Shown here piece after piece: positions 9,277-17,615 of a DNA stretch of 32,938 nt (positions are counted from its first letter, which is position 1; the number at the start of each line of letters is the position of its first letter). The stretch comes from a virus. Its lineage: Duplodnaviria; Caudoviricetes. Location: IMG/VR virus record IMGVR_UViG_3300007734_000589, positions 1 through 32,938 of that record; one strand, written 5' to 3'. Both the position numbers and the translations under genes were made by a program. The notes under the pieces were generated by a model. The model was not told the origin of the DNA. It saw only the letters and a list, made by a program, of their open reading frames with translations, and did not search any database.

Positions 9277-10245
9277 ATGACAACCTTTAAAGAAATCAGA
9301 GGAACTGCAGTTCAGTCAGTATCAACAGATCCTACAAATCCAGAAGCAGGTCAGATTTGGTATAATAATTCCATTGGAGTTTTAAAAGGTTATCAATTAG
9401 CTGCTGCAGCATGGACTAGTGGTGGAAATTTAGCTACAGCAAGACAACATATAGCAGGTTGTGGAACTCAAACAGCAGGTTTAGCTTTTGGTGGAACTAC
9501 TGCAGGTAACACAGCATCTGGAGCAACAGAAGAATACGATGGTTCGGCTTGGGCTGGTGGTGGAACTATGGCTACAGCTAGACGTCTTTTAGGAGGTTGT
9601 GGAACTCAAACTGCAGGTTTGGCATTTGGAGGTTATACAACAACCAATGTTGCAAATACTGAAGAATACGATGGTTCAGCTTGGACAGGTGGAGGAAATT
9701 TAGGGACAACTAGAAGAGATATAGCAGGTTGTGGAACACAAACTGCAGGTTTAGGTTTTGGAGGATATACAACAACTCAAGTTGCTAACACAGAAGAATA
9801 CGATGGTTCAGCTTGGACAGCTGGTGGAAATTTAAATACAGCAAGAGGTGCTTTAGGCGGAGCAGGAACTCAAACAGTAGGATTAGCTTTTGGTGGTTAT
9901 GCAGGAACAGCTCCATCAAATTCTACAGAAGAATACGATGGAAGTGCATGGACAGCAGGCGGAAATTTAAATACAGCTAGAAATCTTTTAGCAGGTGCAG
10001 GCACTCAAACTGCTGGATTAGCTTTTGGTGGATTTTCTACAGTTAATACAGGAGCCACGGAAGAATACAATGGTACAAGTTGGACAAATTCTACTTCTAT
10101 GACAACGGCAAGACAATCACCAGCAGGAGCAGGTACTCAAACAGCGGGATTAGCTTTTGGTGGAAACACAGGAACAGCTGAAACTGCAGCCACAGAAGAA
10201 TATTCAGGAGCAGCATTAGCAGTTAAAAAAATAACAACATCATAA
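9277..10245 (+). CDS. Kelch-like six-bladed beta-propeller virion protein
   Basis: Six ~46-aa repeats W..GGNL.TAR..LAG.GTQTAGLAFGG....TEEYDG (GG, Y, W and R Kelch hallmarks). Confidence 0.85.
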   Translation: MTTFKEIRGTAVQSVSTDPTNPEAGQIWYNNSIGVLKGYQLAAAAWTSGGNLATARQHIAGCGTQTAGLAFGGTTAGNTASGATEEYDGSAWAGGGTMATARRLLGGCGTQTAGLAFGGYTTTNVANTEEYDGSAWTGGGNLGTTRRDIAGCGTQTAGLGFGGYTTTQVANTEEYDGSAWTAGGNLNTARGALGGAGTQTVGLAFGGYAGTAPSNSTEEYDGSAWTAGGNLNTARNLLAGAGTQTAGLAFGGFSTVNTGATEEYNGTSWTNSTSMTTARQSPAGAGTQTAGLAFGGNTGTAETAATEEYSGAALAVKKITTS

Positions 10246-10246
10246 C

Positions 10247-12022
10247 ATGACAACATACAAAGAAATTTTTGGTAAATACGTCAAGAACTACAGTTCAGAT
10301 CCAACGTCCGATGCTGAAGGTCAAATTTGGTATAATACCACTTCTGGAACCTTTAAGAGTGTTGTTGCAGTTAGAGCTTGGTCAGCGGGTGGTAACATGG
10401 GAACTACTAGAAGACTTTTAGCAGGTTGTGGAATACAAACAGAAGGATTAGCATTTGGTGGTTTTACAACAGTAAATTCAAATTCCACAGAAGAATATAA
10501 TGGAAGTTCTTGGTCTAGTGGTGGAAATTTAGCTACAGCTAACCGTGGTTTAGGTGGAGCAGGTACGCAAACAGCTGGTTTAGCATTTGGTGGGTTTACA
10601 ACAGCTGTTACAGCAGCAACTGAAGAATATGATGGATCTGCTTGGGCAGCTGGAGGAAATTTAGGTACAGCAAGAGAACTTTTAGCAGGTGCAGGCACTC
10701 AAACAGTAGGACTTGCTTTTGGAGGACAAACAACAGTTGTTGTTGCAAACACTGAAGAATATAATGGAACTGCTTGGACAGGAGGAGGAAATTTAAGTAC
10801 AGCAAGAACTGGTTTAGCAGGAGTAGGAATTCAAACAGCTGGTTTAGCCTTTGGTGGATATGTGTCAGCAGGAACACCTAATTCAAATTCCACAGAAGAA
10901 TATGATGGAACATCTTGGACAGCAGGTGGAAATCTTGGAACAGGTAGACGTTATTTAGCAGGAGCTGGTATACAAACGGCAGGTTTAGGATTTGGTGGAT
11001 ATACAGGAACTGTTTCTTCCGCTACAGAACAATATGATGGTACAAGTTGGTCAAATACTACGAGTATGGCAACAGCAAGACGTTCACTTGGTGGTGCAGG
11101 AACATTACAAGCAGGATTAGCATCTGGAGGATTTACAACAGCTAATTCAAATGCCACAGAAGAATATAATGGAACATCAATCATCAATGTACCCGCAGCG
11201 TGGGCGAGTGGGGGGAATTTGAGCACGGCTAGAAGATATTTAGCAGGAGCAGGAACGCAAACGGCTGGTTTAGCATCTGGTGGTGCCGATACAACATTTT
11301 TATCAGCTACAGAAGAATATAATGGTTCGGCTTGGACTGGAGGTGGAAATTTAGGAACAGCTAGACAATATTTAGCAGGTTGTGGAACTCAAACTTCAGC
11401 TTTAGATTTTGGAGGTTTTACAACAACAAATCAATCAGCTACTGAAGAATATGATGGAAGTGCGTGGACAGCAGGGGGAAGTTTAGGAACAGCTAGACGT
11501 CTTTTAGCAGGAGCAGGTACTCAAACAGCAGGTTTAGCAATGGGTGGTCGTATAACAACAGGTGGAATTACAAACACAGAAGAATATGATGGTAGTGCTT
11601 GGACAGCTGGAGGAAATATGGGTACAGGTAGATATATTTTTGCAGGTTGTGGTTTACAAACAGCTGGTTTAGCTATTGCTGGAGCTTACGGAAGTACAGC
11701 TACAGAAGAATATGACGGATCAGCGTGGACAGCAGGGGGAAATTTAAATACATCTAGATATTCTTTAGCAGCAGCTGGTACACAAACTGCAGCTTTAGGA
11801 TTTGCTGGTTATAGTCCTAATTCAGCAGCTACAGAAGAGTATAATGGAACAAGTTGGACAATAAGTACATCTATGGCAACAGCTAGAAGAGCTTCAGCAG
11901 GAGCGGGAATTCAAACTTCTGCTTTAGGTTTTGGTGGTCAAACAACAACTCAAATTGCTAACACTGAAGAATACACAGGTGCTTATAGCTATGATAACGT
12001 AAAAACAATAACAACAAGTTAG
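10247..12022 (+). CDS. Kelch-like double beta-propeller protein (12 blades)
   Basis: 12 TEE/QY repeats with a linker (SIINVPAA) after blade 6. Confidence 0.85.
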   Translation: MTTYKEIFGKYVKNYSSDPTSDAEGQIWYNTTSGTFKSVVAVRAWSAGGNMGTTRRLLAGCGIQTEGLAFGGFTTVNSNSTEEYNGSSWSSGGNLATANRGLGGAGTQTAGLAFGGFTTAVTAATEEYDGSAWAAGGNLGTARELLAGAGTQTVGLAFGGQTTVVVANTEEYNGTAWTGGGNLSTARTGLAGVGIQTAGLAFGGYVSAGTPNSNSTEEYDGTSWTAGGNLGTGRRYLAGAGIQTAGLGFGGYTGTVSSATEQYDGTSWSNTTSMATARRSLGGAGTLQAGLASGGFTTANSNATEEYNGTSIINVPAAWASGGNLSTARRYLAGAGTQTAGLASGGADTTFLSATEEYNGSAWTGGGNLGTARQYLAGCGTQTSALDFGGFTTTNQSATEEYDGSAWTAGGSLGTARRLLAGAGTQTAGLAMGGRITTGGITNTEEYDGSAWTAGGNMGTGRYIFAGCGLQTAGLAIAGAYGSTATEEYDGSAWTAGGNLNTSRYSLAAAGTQTAALGFAGYSPNSAATEEYNGTSWTISTSMATARRASAGAGIQTSALGFGGQTTTQIANTEEYTGAYSYDNVKTITTS

Positions 12023-12051
12023 TTTACATTATGGATAAATTGACTTATACT
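12023..12051 (+). promoter_or_regulatory. Sigma70-like promoter
   Basis: TTTACA-17 nt-TATACT in the intergenic gap before 12072. Confidence 0.6.
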
Positions 12052-12071
12052 AACAACCAAGGAGCATAAAT

Positions 12072-12368
12072 ATGGCACTTTTTATATATGGTACAGCAAC
12101 TAACTATGGCAAGAACTTCTTTACAGTAGAAGATAGAAGAAACTTTTTCTTACGAAGTTATCCAGGCGATGTTTGGGTAATTGGTAATAATGAAAAAGGA
12201 GCTCTATGGCTAGCTGAAAAAAATGGAGTTGAAAAAACTAAAGCAGAAGCACAAGCAATTGTTGATGCAGAAGTTACAAAGGCTCAAGCAGCTTATGACG
12301 CTTTACCAGAAGAACAAAAAAATAGACCAGGATCAAATCAAAGACCGACTGCTATAACTTTACCATAG
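12072..12368 (+). CDS. Hypothetical protein within the propeller cluster (possible adaptor or chaperone)
   Basis: SD AGGAG; 98 aa; function inferred from position only. Confidence 0.65.
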   Translation: MALFIYGTATNYGKNFFTVEDRRNFFLRSYPGDVWVIGNNEKGALWLAEKNGVEKTKAEAQAIVDAEVTKAQAAYDALPEEQKNRPGSNQRPTAITLP

Positions 12369-12377
12369 GTCACTCTC

Positions 12378-14159
12378 ATGACGACCTACAATGAGCTAGC
12401 AGGATTTAGAGTCAATTACTTAAGTACAGATCCTACATTAAATTCAGGAAACGAAGGTCAGGTGTGGTATAACTCTACATCTGGAAAGCTAAAAGCATTA
12501 GTTCAAATTAAATCGTGGGCCGCTGGAGGAAATTTATCTACAGCTAGAAAAGCCATGGGAGGAGCAGGAATTCAAACAGAAGCTTTAGCTTTCGGTGGAA
12601 AAACAACAGTGGTAGTTGCTAACACTGAAGAATATAGTGGAACATCTTGGACAGCAGGTGGAAATATGGGAACTGCTAGATACGAACTTGCAGGATGTGG
12701 AACTCAAACTGCAGGTCTTGGATTTGGTGGTTATACAACAACGTCACTTTCAGCTACAGAAGAATATAATGGATCAACTTGGACAGCAGGAGGAAGTTTA
12801 AATACTGCTAGATATGGTATGGGATCAGCAGGAACACAAACTGCTGGTTTAGCGTTTGGAGGAGGTTTTCCAAATACTACAGCTACAGAAGAATATGACG
12901 GTTCGGCTTGGACAGCTGGAGGTAGCATGGCAACTGCAAGACGTGCTTTTGCAGGAGCAGGAATTCAAACATCAGCACTTGGGTTTGGTGGACTTACAAC
13001 AGTAGTAGTTACGAACACAGAAGAGTATAATGGTTCAACTTGGACAACAGGAGGAAATTTAGCTACAGCAAGACGTTCTTTAGGTGGTGCAGGAATTCAA
13101 ACAGCTGGTTTAGCATTTGGTGGTTATACAGGAGTTAGTTCTTCTGCTACAGAACAATATGATGGTTCAGCTTGGTCAAATACTACAAACATGGGAACTG
13201 CAAGATCTGAATTAACAGGAGCTGGAACATTACAAGCAGGTTTAGGTTTTGGTGGATCAACAGGAACTGATTCAGCAGCCACAGAAGAATTCACCTCTTC
13301 AATCAACGTGACCACAGCAGCGGCGTGGGCGAGCGGGGGGAATTTAGCGACTGCAAGATATGAATTAGCAGGTTGTGGAACACAAACAGAAGGATTAGCT
13401 TTTGGAGGTGATACAGGTGGTCCAACAGTTACATCAGCAACCGAAGAATACAATGGATCTGCTTGGACAGCAGGTGGAAATATGGGAACAGCTAGAAGAC
13501 AATTAGCAGGTGCGGGAACGCAAACAGCAGGTCTTGCTTTTAGTGGTAATGCTTCAGGAACTCCTGTTTCAAACACAGAAGAATATGACGGCTCTGCTTG
13601 GACAGGTGGAGGAAATTTAGGTACAGCAACAAGATATGGTGCAGGAACAGGATTACAAACTGCAGGTTTAGCTTTTGGTGGTTTTACAACAACAGCAACT
13701 AGTGTTACACAAGAATACGACGGTTCCGCATGGACAGCTGGCGGAAATTTAAATACAGCAAGATTTGTTTTAGCAGGAGCTGGAATACAAACAGCAGGAC
13801 TTGCATTTGGTGGTGATTCTGCAAAAAATAATACAGAAGAATATGATGGCTCGGCTTGGACAACAGGAGGAAATTTAAATACTGGAAGAGCAGAAATGGG
13901 AGGAGCAGGAACACAAACAGCAGGTTTAGGATTTGCTGGTTATTCAACAGCTTATTCTAATGCCACAGAAGAATATAATGGAACTTCATGGATAAATAGC
14001 ACAAATATGGCAACGGCAAGATCAAGTCCAAGTGGAGCTGGTACTCAAACAGCAGGTTTAGCTTTTGGTGGATATATTGCGACAGGAAAACTTGCTAACA
14101 CTGAAGAATACACAGGAGCTGTAACAGCAGCAACCGCTTCAACCTTGACAACATCATAA
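12378..14159 (+). CDS. Kelch-like double beta-propeller protein (12 blades)
   Basis: 12 repeats; same N-terminal (GQVWYNSTSG) and C-terminal (TTS*) segments as its paralogues. Confidence 0.85.
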   Translation: MTTYNELAGFRVNYLSTDPTLNSGNEGQVWYNSTSGKLKALVQIKSWAAGGNLSTARKAMGGAGIQTEALAFGGKTTVVVANTEEYSGTSWTAGGNMGTARYELAGCGTQTAGLGFGGYTTTSLSATEEYNGSTWTAGGSLNTARYGMGSAGTQTAGLAFGGGFPNTTATEEYDGSAWTAGGSMATARRAFAGAGIQTSALGFGGLTTVVVTNTEEYNGSTWTTGGNLATARRSLGGAGIQTAGLAFGGYTGVSSSATEQYDGSAWSNTTNMGTARSELTGAGTLQAGLGFGGSTGTDSAATEEFTSSINVTTAAAWASGGNLATARYELAGCGTQTEGLAFGGDTGGPTVTSATEEYNGSAWTAGGNMGTARRQLAGAGTQTAGLAFSGNASGTPVSNTEEYDGSAWTGGGNLGTATRYGAGTGLQTAGLAFGGFTTTATSVTQEYDGSAWTAGGNLNTARFVLAGAGIQTAGLAFGGDSAKNNTEEYDGSAWTTGGNLNTGRAEMGGAGTQTAGLGFAGYSTAYSNATEEYNGTSWINSTNMATARSSPSGAGTQTAGLAFGGYIATGKLANTEEYTGAVTAATASTLTTS

Positions 14160-14173
14160 TAAATCTTTATATC
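14145..14173 (+). promoter_or_regulatory. Sigma70-like promoter, probably giving a leaderless mRNA
   Basis: TTGACA-17 nt-TATATC; ATG 14181 follows after 7 nt with no SD. Confidence 0.6.
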
Positions 14174-14180
14174 CTTCTCA

Positions 14181-14867
14181 ATGACAGAGAAGAGAAATAT
14201 TAAGAGTTTAATACAACAAGAAGAAGCTCACTTAAATAATCTATTAGATCCAAATGATCTCAATGCATTCAAAGGAATGGTTGATGAACTTCGTGATACT
14301 TGGACTAAAAAACAAATATTTCGAACAGAAACAGAAGCTAGAATTTCAGTGCTTCAAGATGCAAAGTATCCAACACTATCTGCAAAATACTGGCAATGTG
14401 TTAGAGAGCAAAATGTATTTCTTGAAAATTTAATGTCATTATCTTTTGATTACAGACGAAATGATGCAAAGATTAAATGGTTACAAAAGAAGATTGAGAC
14501 TGAAACAGATGAATATAAATTAGAATGTTATAAAATAGATTTAGATGAAAAGATTTATGCAAAAGCAAATATGGAATTAGTTGCAAAAGATAGAATGAGA
14601 GAAATTAATATGTGGTCTAATTTAAAGAAAGAATTTGATAATGGAACGTTTGACACTAAAAATGTCAACACTCATCAATTAGAATCCTATCATCAGATTA
14701 TGAAAGGCAAAGCAAAGACATTGACTCCTGGTTCTTCACAAGCAGAAGTATTCAATGTTCTTGGTCAACTGCAAACGATTGAAAGAGTAAAAGAAGAAAA
14801 AGGTTTACTTAAACAAGATGAGAAGAAAGCAATTGGACAACCTACATTCGGCAAACCAAGCAGTTAA
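14181..14867 (+). CDS. Hypothetical helical / coiled-coil protein
   Basis: 228-aa ORF heading the sulfotransferase operon; no motif recognised. Confidence 0.65.
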   Translation: MTEKRNIKSLIQQEEAHLNNLLDPNDLNAFKGMVDELRDTWTKKQIFRTETEARISVLQDAKYPTLSAKYWQCVREQNVFLENLMSLSFDYRRNDAKIKWLQKKIETETDEYKLECYKIDLDEKIYAKANMELVAKDRMREINMWSNLKKEFDNGTFDTKNVNTHQLESYHQIMKGKAKTLTPGSSQAEVFNVLGQLQTIERVKEEKGLLKQDEKKAIGQPTFGKPSS

Positions 14868-15633
14868 GCAGTTATTCTTTTTAGTAGCATTACCAAGATC
14901 TGGTAATACACTATTTGGTTCAATCATGAATCAAAATCCGAATATCGCTGTAACTCCAAACTCTATTACATTAGAGATAATGAAGGATATATTTCTTCTT
15001 AAACAAACCGATGTCTTTCAAAATTATCCAGATCATAAATCATTAGATAACGTATTAGATATGGTGTTTGATCAATATTACAAAGACTGGCCTCAACAAT
15101 ACATCATTGATCGTGGTCCTGTAATGACACCTGGTAATTTTATGTTAATGAACAAGCATTTCAAACGTCCATTTAAATGCATTATTATTTTAAGAGATGT
15201 ATTAGATGTTCTTGCCTCATACATTAAATGGTTTGAAAAAGAGCCAACTAGTTTTGTTCATAGATACGGCAAACAAACTATAGAAGAAAAATTATGGATG
15301 TTAATGAATAAAGATGGAGCAATTGCAAAAGATTTAGAAGCTATAAAAAATTCTTATAACTATCCACAAATTTGTCATTATTTAAAATATGATGATTTAG
15401 TAAATCAGCCAGAAATTGAGATAAATAAAATATATGATTTTTTACAAATACCTAAATTTAATCATAACTTTAAAAACTTGAATCAATTTCAAATAAATGG
15501 TATGGGTTATGACGATACAGTAGTTGGAAATAAAATGCACACGATTAGAGAAGAGATTAGAAAGGAAGACAATCCTTACAGATCACAAATACCACAAAGT
15601 ATTGTGAATGCGTATGGACATATAAAATTTTAA
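14818..15633 (+). CDS. PAPS-dependent sulfotransferase family protein
   Basis: 5'-phosphosulfate-binding loop LPRSGNTL and 3'-phosphate-binding motif ILRDVLDVLASY; YDDLVNQPE. Start codon uncertain. Confidence 0.85.
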   Translation: MRRKQLDNLHSANQAVKQLFFLVALPRSGNTLFGSIMNQNPNIAVTPNSITLEIMKDIFLLKQTDVFQNYPDHKSLDNVLDMVFDQYYKDWPQQYIIDRGPVMTPGNFMLMNKHFKRPFKCIIILRDVLDVLASYIKWFEKEPTSFVHRYGKQTIEEKLWMLMNKDGAIAKDLEAIKNSYNYPQICHYLKYDDLVNQPEIEINKIYDFLQIPKFNHNFKNLNQFQINGMGYDDTVVGNKMHTIREEIRKEDNPYRSQIPQSIVNAYGHIKF

Positions 15634-16019
15634 TGAAGATATTAATATTTGGATTACCAGGATCAGGCAAAACTACATTTGCTAAAAAATTAATTGAGAA
15701 CAAAAAGATACCACACTTTAATGCTGATGATATTAGAAAGCTATTTGAAGATTGGGATTTTACAGAAACAGGTAGAAGACGACAAGCGAATCGTATGATG
15801 ACCATGTGTGATCTTGCAGTCAATCATGTGGTAGTAGACTTTGTTTGTCCATTTGAATCTTATAGATCATTCTATGATATGAAGATTTGGATGAACACCA
15901 TTAGTAAAGGAAGATTTGAAGATACGAATAAAGTATTTGAGAAACCTAAAAAGGTTGATTTTGAAATAACTGATTTTAATTACGACAACATAATAAAGGA
16001 GATACATGGACTACTCTAA
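15633..16019 (+). CDS. cysC: Adenylylsulfate (APS) kinase-like P-loop kinase, minimal form
   Basis: GLPGSGKTT, NADDIR, DF+..GR and VDFVCP motifs match the APS kinase pattern; the lid region looks shortened. Confidence 0.7.
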   Translation: MKILIFGLPGSGKTTFAKKLIENKKIPHFNADDIRKLFEDWDFTETGRRRQANRMMTMCDLAVNHVVVDFVCPFESYRSFYDMKIWMNTISKGRFEDTNKVFEKPKKVDFEITDFNYDNIIKEIHGLL

Positions 16020-16356
16020 ACCAACAGCACAGATGTTAGGCAGATGGCAACCATTTCATGATGGTCATTTAGCTTTATTTAAAGAGATATTAAAAAGAAC
16101 AGGACAAGTTCAAATCATGGTTAGAACCATGCCAAAGTCAGATAATAATCCATTTGAATTTGAAGATATTAAAAAACGAATTGAGGAAAAATTAAAAGAT
16201 TATGTAGGTAAATTTGAAGTTATCAAAGTTGCAAATATTACCAATATTTGTTATGGTCGGGATGTAGGATATAAGATTGAAGAGATCGTCCTACCTAAAC
16301 AGATACAAGAGATATCTGCAACAAAGATTAGAAAAGAGATGAAGAATGAAATTTAA
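16006..16356 (+). CDS. HxGH (HUP superfamily) nucleotidyltransferase; candidate minimal ATP sulfurylase
   Basis: GRWQPFHDGH, YGRDVG and ISATKIR motifs. Superfamily call is solid; substrate is inferred. Confidence 0.75.
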   Translation: MDYSKPTAQMLGRWQPFHDGHLALFKEILKRTGQVQIMVRTMPKSDNNPFEFEDIKKRIEEKLKDYVGKFEVIKVANITNICYGRDVGYKIEEIVLPKQIQEISATKIRKEMKNEI

Positions 16357-16993
16357 CTTTGTATTTTTTGGTCAATCCGTACTTCGTTATGAAGTTCCAG
16401 TAGACATCTTTAATGAAATTAATGGCATTTACGAAAACAATTATGGCAATCTTGCAAAAGCCAATAAACAATTAATTGGTAAAATAATGGATGAACGTTC
16501 TCTCTATTACGATGGAGATGATACTTCAAAGATGCATAAACATAACTATTTATCTCCACGTGTGTATGAATGGTTTATGTCAGCTTATAAACATTATTTA
16601 GATTGGAATAAGATTATTAAATATCAATTACACTTAAATTCAATTTGGGTAAATGAAATGAAAGCTAATGAATATAATCCAATTCATATTCATCAAGGCA
16701 ATTTAGCTACAGGATTAACTTCAGTTATGATTTTAAAAGTACCATCTCATTATGGTGTTGAATACTCTGCAGAAGATAAACCACAAAATGGAAGATTACA
16801 AATATTAGGTTCTGCTGCAGGTCAATTTGCAAATATTAATTATACACCACCAATGCAAGTTAGAGACTTTTATGTATTTCCATATGATATGAGACATTGT
16901 GTATATCCATTTAACGGGACTGATGAGACAAGAAGAACATTAGCTGCAAATTGTGATGTGTTATATAACCCACTTGAAAATAGAAAAGGATGA
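16346..16993 (+). CDS. Putative 2OG-Fe(II) oxygenase (TIGR02466-like)
   Basis: WVN......NPIHIH...FP..MRHCVYP....RRTLAAN double-stranded beta-helix motifs. Confidence 0.75.
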   Translation: MKFNFVFFGQSVLRYEVPVDIFNEINGIYENNYGNLAKANKQLIGKIMDERSLYYDGDDTSKMHKHNYLSPRVYEWFMSAYKHYLDWNKIIKYQLHLNSIWVNEMKANEYNPIHIHQGNLATGLTSVMILKVPSHYGVEYSAEDKPQNGRLQILGSAAGQFANINYTPPMQVRDFYVFPYDMRHCVYPFNGTDETRRTLAANCDVLYNPLENRKG

Positions 16994-17577
16994 TACATAA
17001 AGAACTTTGGTTTCCAACACAAATCTATATTAAAGAATTTAATTTAGACAATAGAGAGTTAGAGAGAAACGTTATTGAATGGTCTAAACAAGATAAAGGT
17101 TTACAAAAGACAAATGTTAATGGTTGGCATTCACCATCTGATATGCACAAAAGACCAGAGTATAAAAATTTAGCAGAAGCATTATTTCATATGCAATTTG
17201 ATATTTACAAAGAAGAATGTTTAGATAATGAACCTTATCTTGGTAATATGTGGGCCAATATCAATCCACCAGGAGGACATAATAGACCTCATATTCATCC
17301 AAATTCATTATGGTCAGGAGTTTATTATATTAAGACATCTAAAGATTGTGGTCATTTAAAGATAGAAGATCCGCGAGCAGTTGCTGCAATGACACTTCCA
17401 AAAAGGAATAATCAAACATTACCACAGTATTTATGGAAAGAAGTTCATTACGAACCAATTGAAGGAAGATGTATTATGTTTCCATCATGGTTAAATCACA
17501 CCGTTGATGTGAACAAATCTAACGATATTAGAATATCAGTTTCATTTAATTTCTTGCAAACAGGGATGTTTGTATAG
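16990..17577 (+). CDS. Putative 2OG-Fe(II) oxygenase (TIGR02466 family)
   Basis: WANINPPG..N.PHIHPNS.WSGVYY...FPSWLNH.V..N.S...RISVSFN. Confidence 0.85.
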   Translation: MIHKELWFPTQIYIKEFNLDNRELERNVIEWSKQDKGLQKTNVNGWHSPSDMHKRPEYKNLAEALFHMQFDIYKEECLDNEPYLGNMWANINPPGGHNRPHIHPNSLWSGVYYIKTSKDCGHLKIEDPRAVAAMTLPKRNNQTLPQYLWKEVHYEPIEGRCIMFPSWLNHTVDVNKSNDIRISVSFNFLQTGMFV

Positions 17578-17579
17578 GT

Positions 17580-17607
17580 TTGCAATCAAGTAATTAGGTG
17601 GTATAAT
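17580..17607 (+). promoter_or_regulatory. Sigma70-like promoter with extended -10
   Basis: TTGCAA-16 nt-TATAAT, with TG one base upstream of the -10 (TGGTATAAT); ATG 17616 follows after 8 nt. Confidence 0.7.
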
Positions 17608-17615
17608 GAAGAATT

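Noticed and set aside
10321-13947. Antisense and alternate-frame ORFs over the propeller genes
   Set aside because: Shadows of repetitive Gly/Ala/Thr codons; no SD or independent features.
9277-14159. Diversity-generating retroelement or CRISPR-like array as the source of the repeat/variable pattern
   Set aside because: No reverse transcriptase or non-coding template repeat in the window; variation includes indels and is not adenine-specific; repeats are in-frame protein repeats with synonymous divergence.
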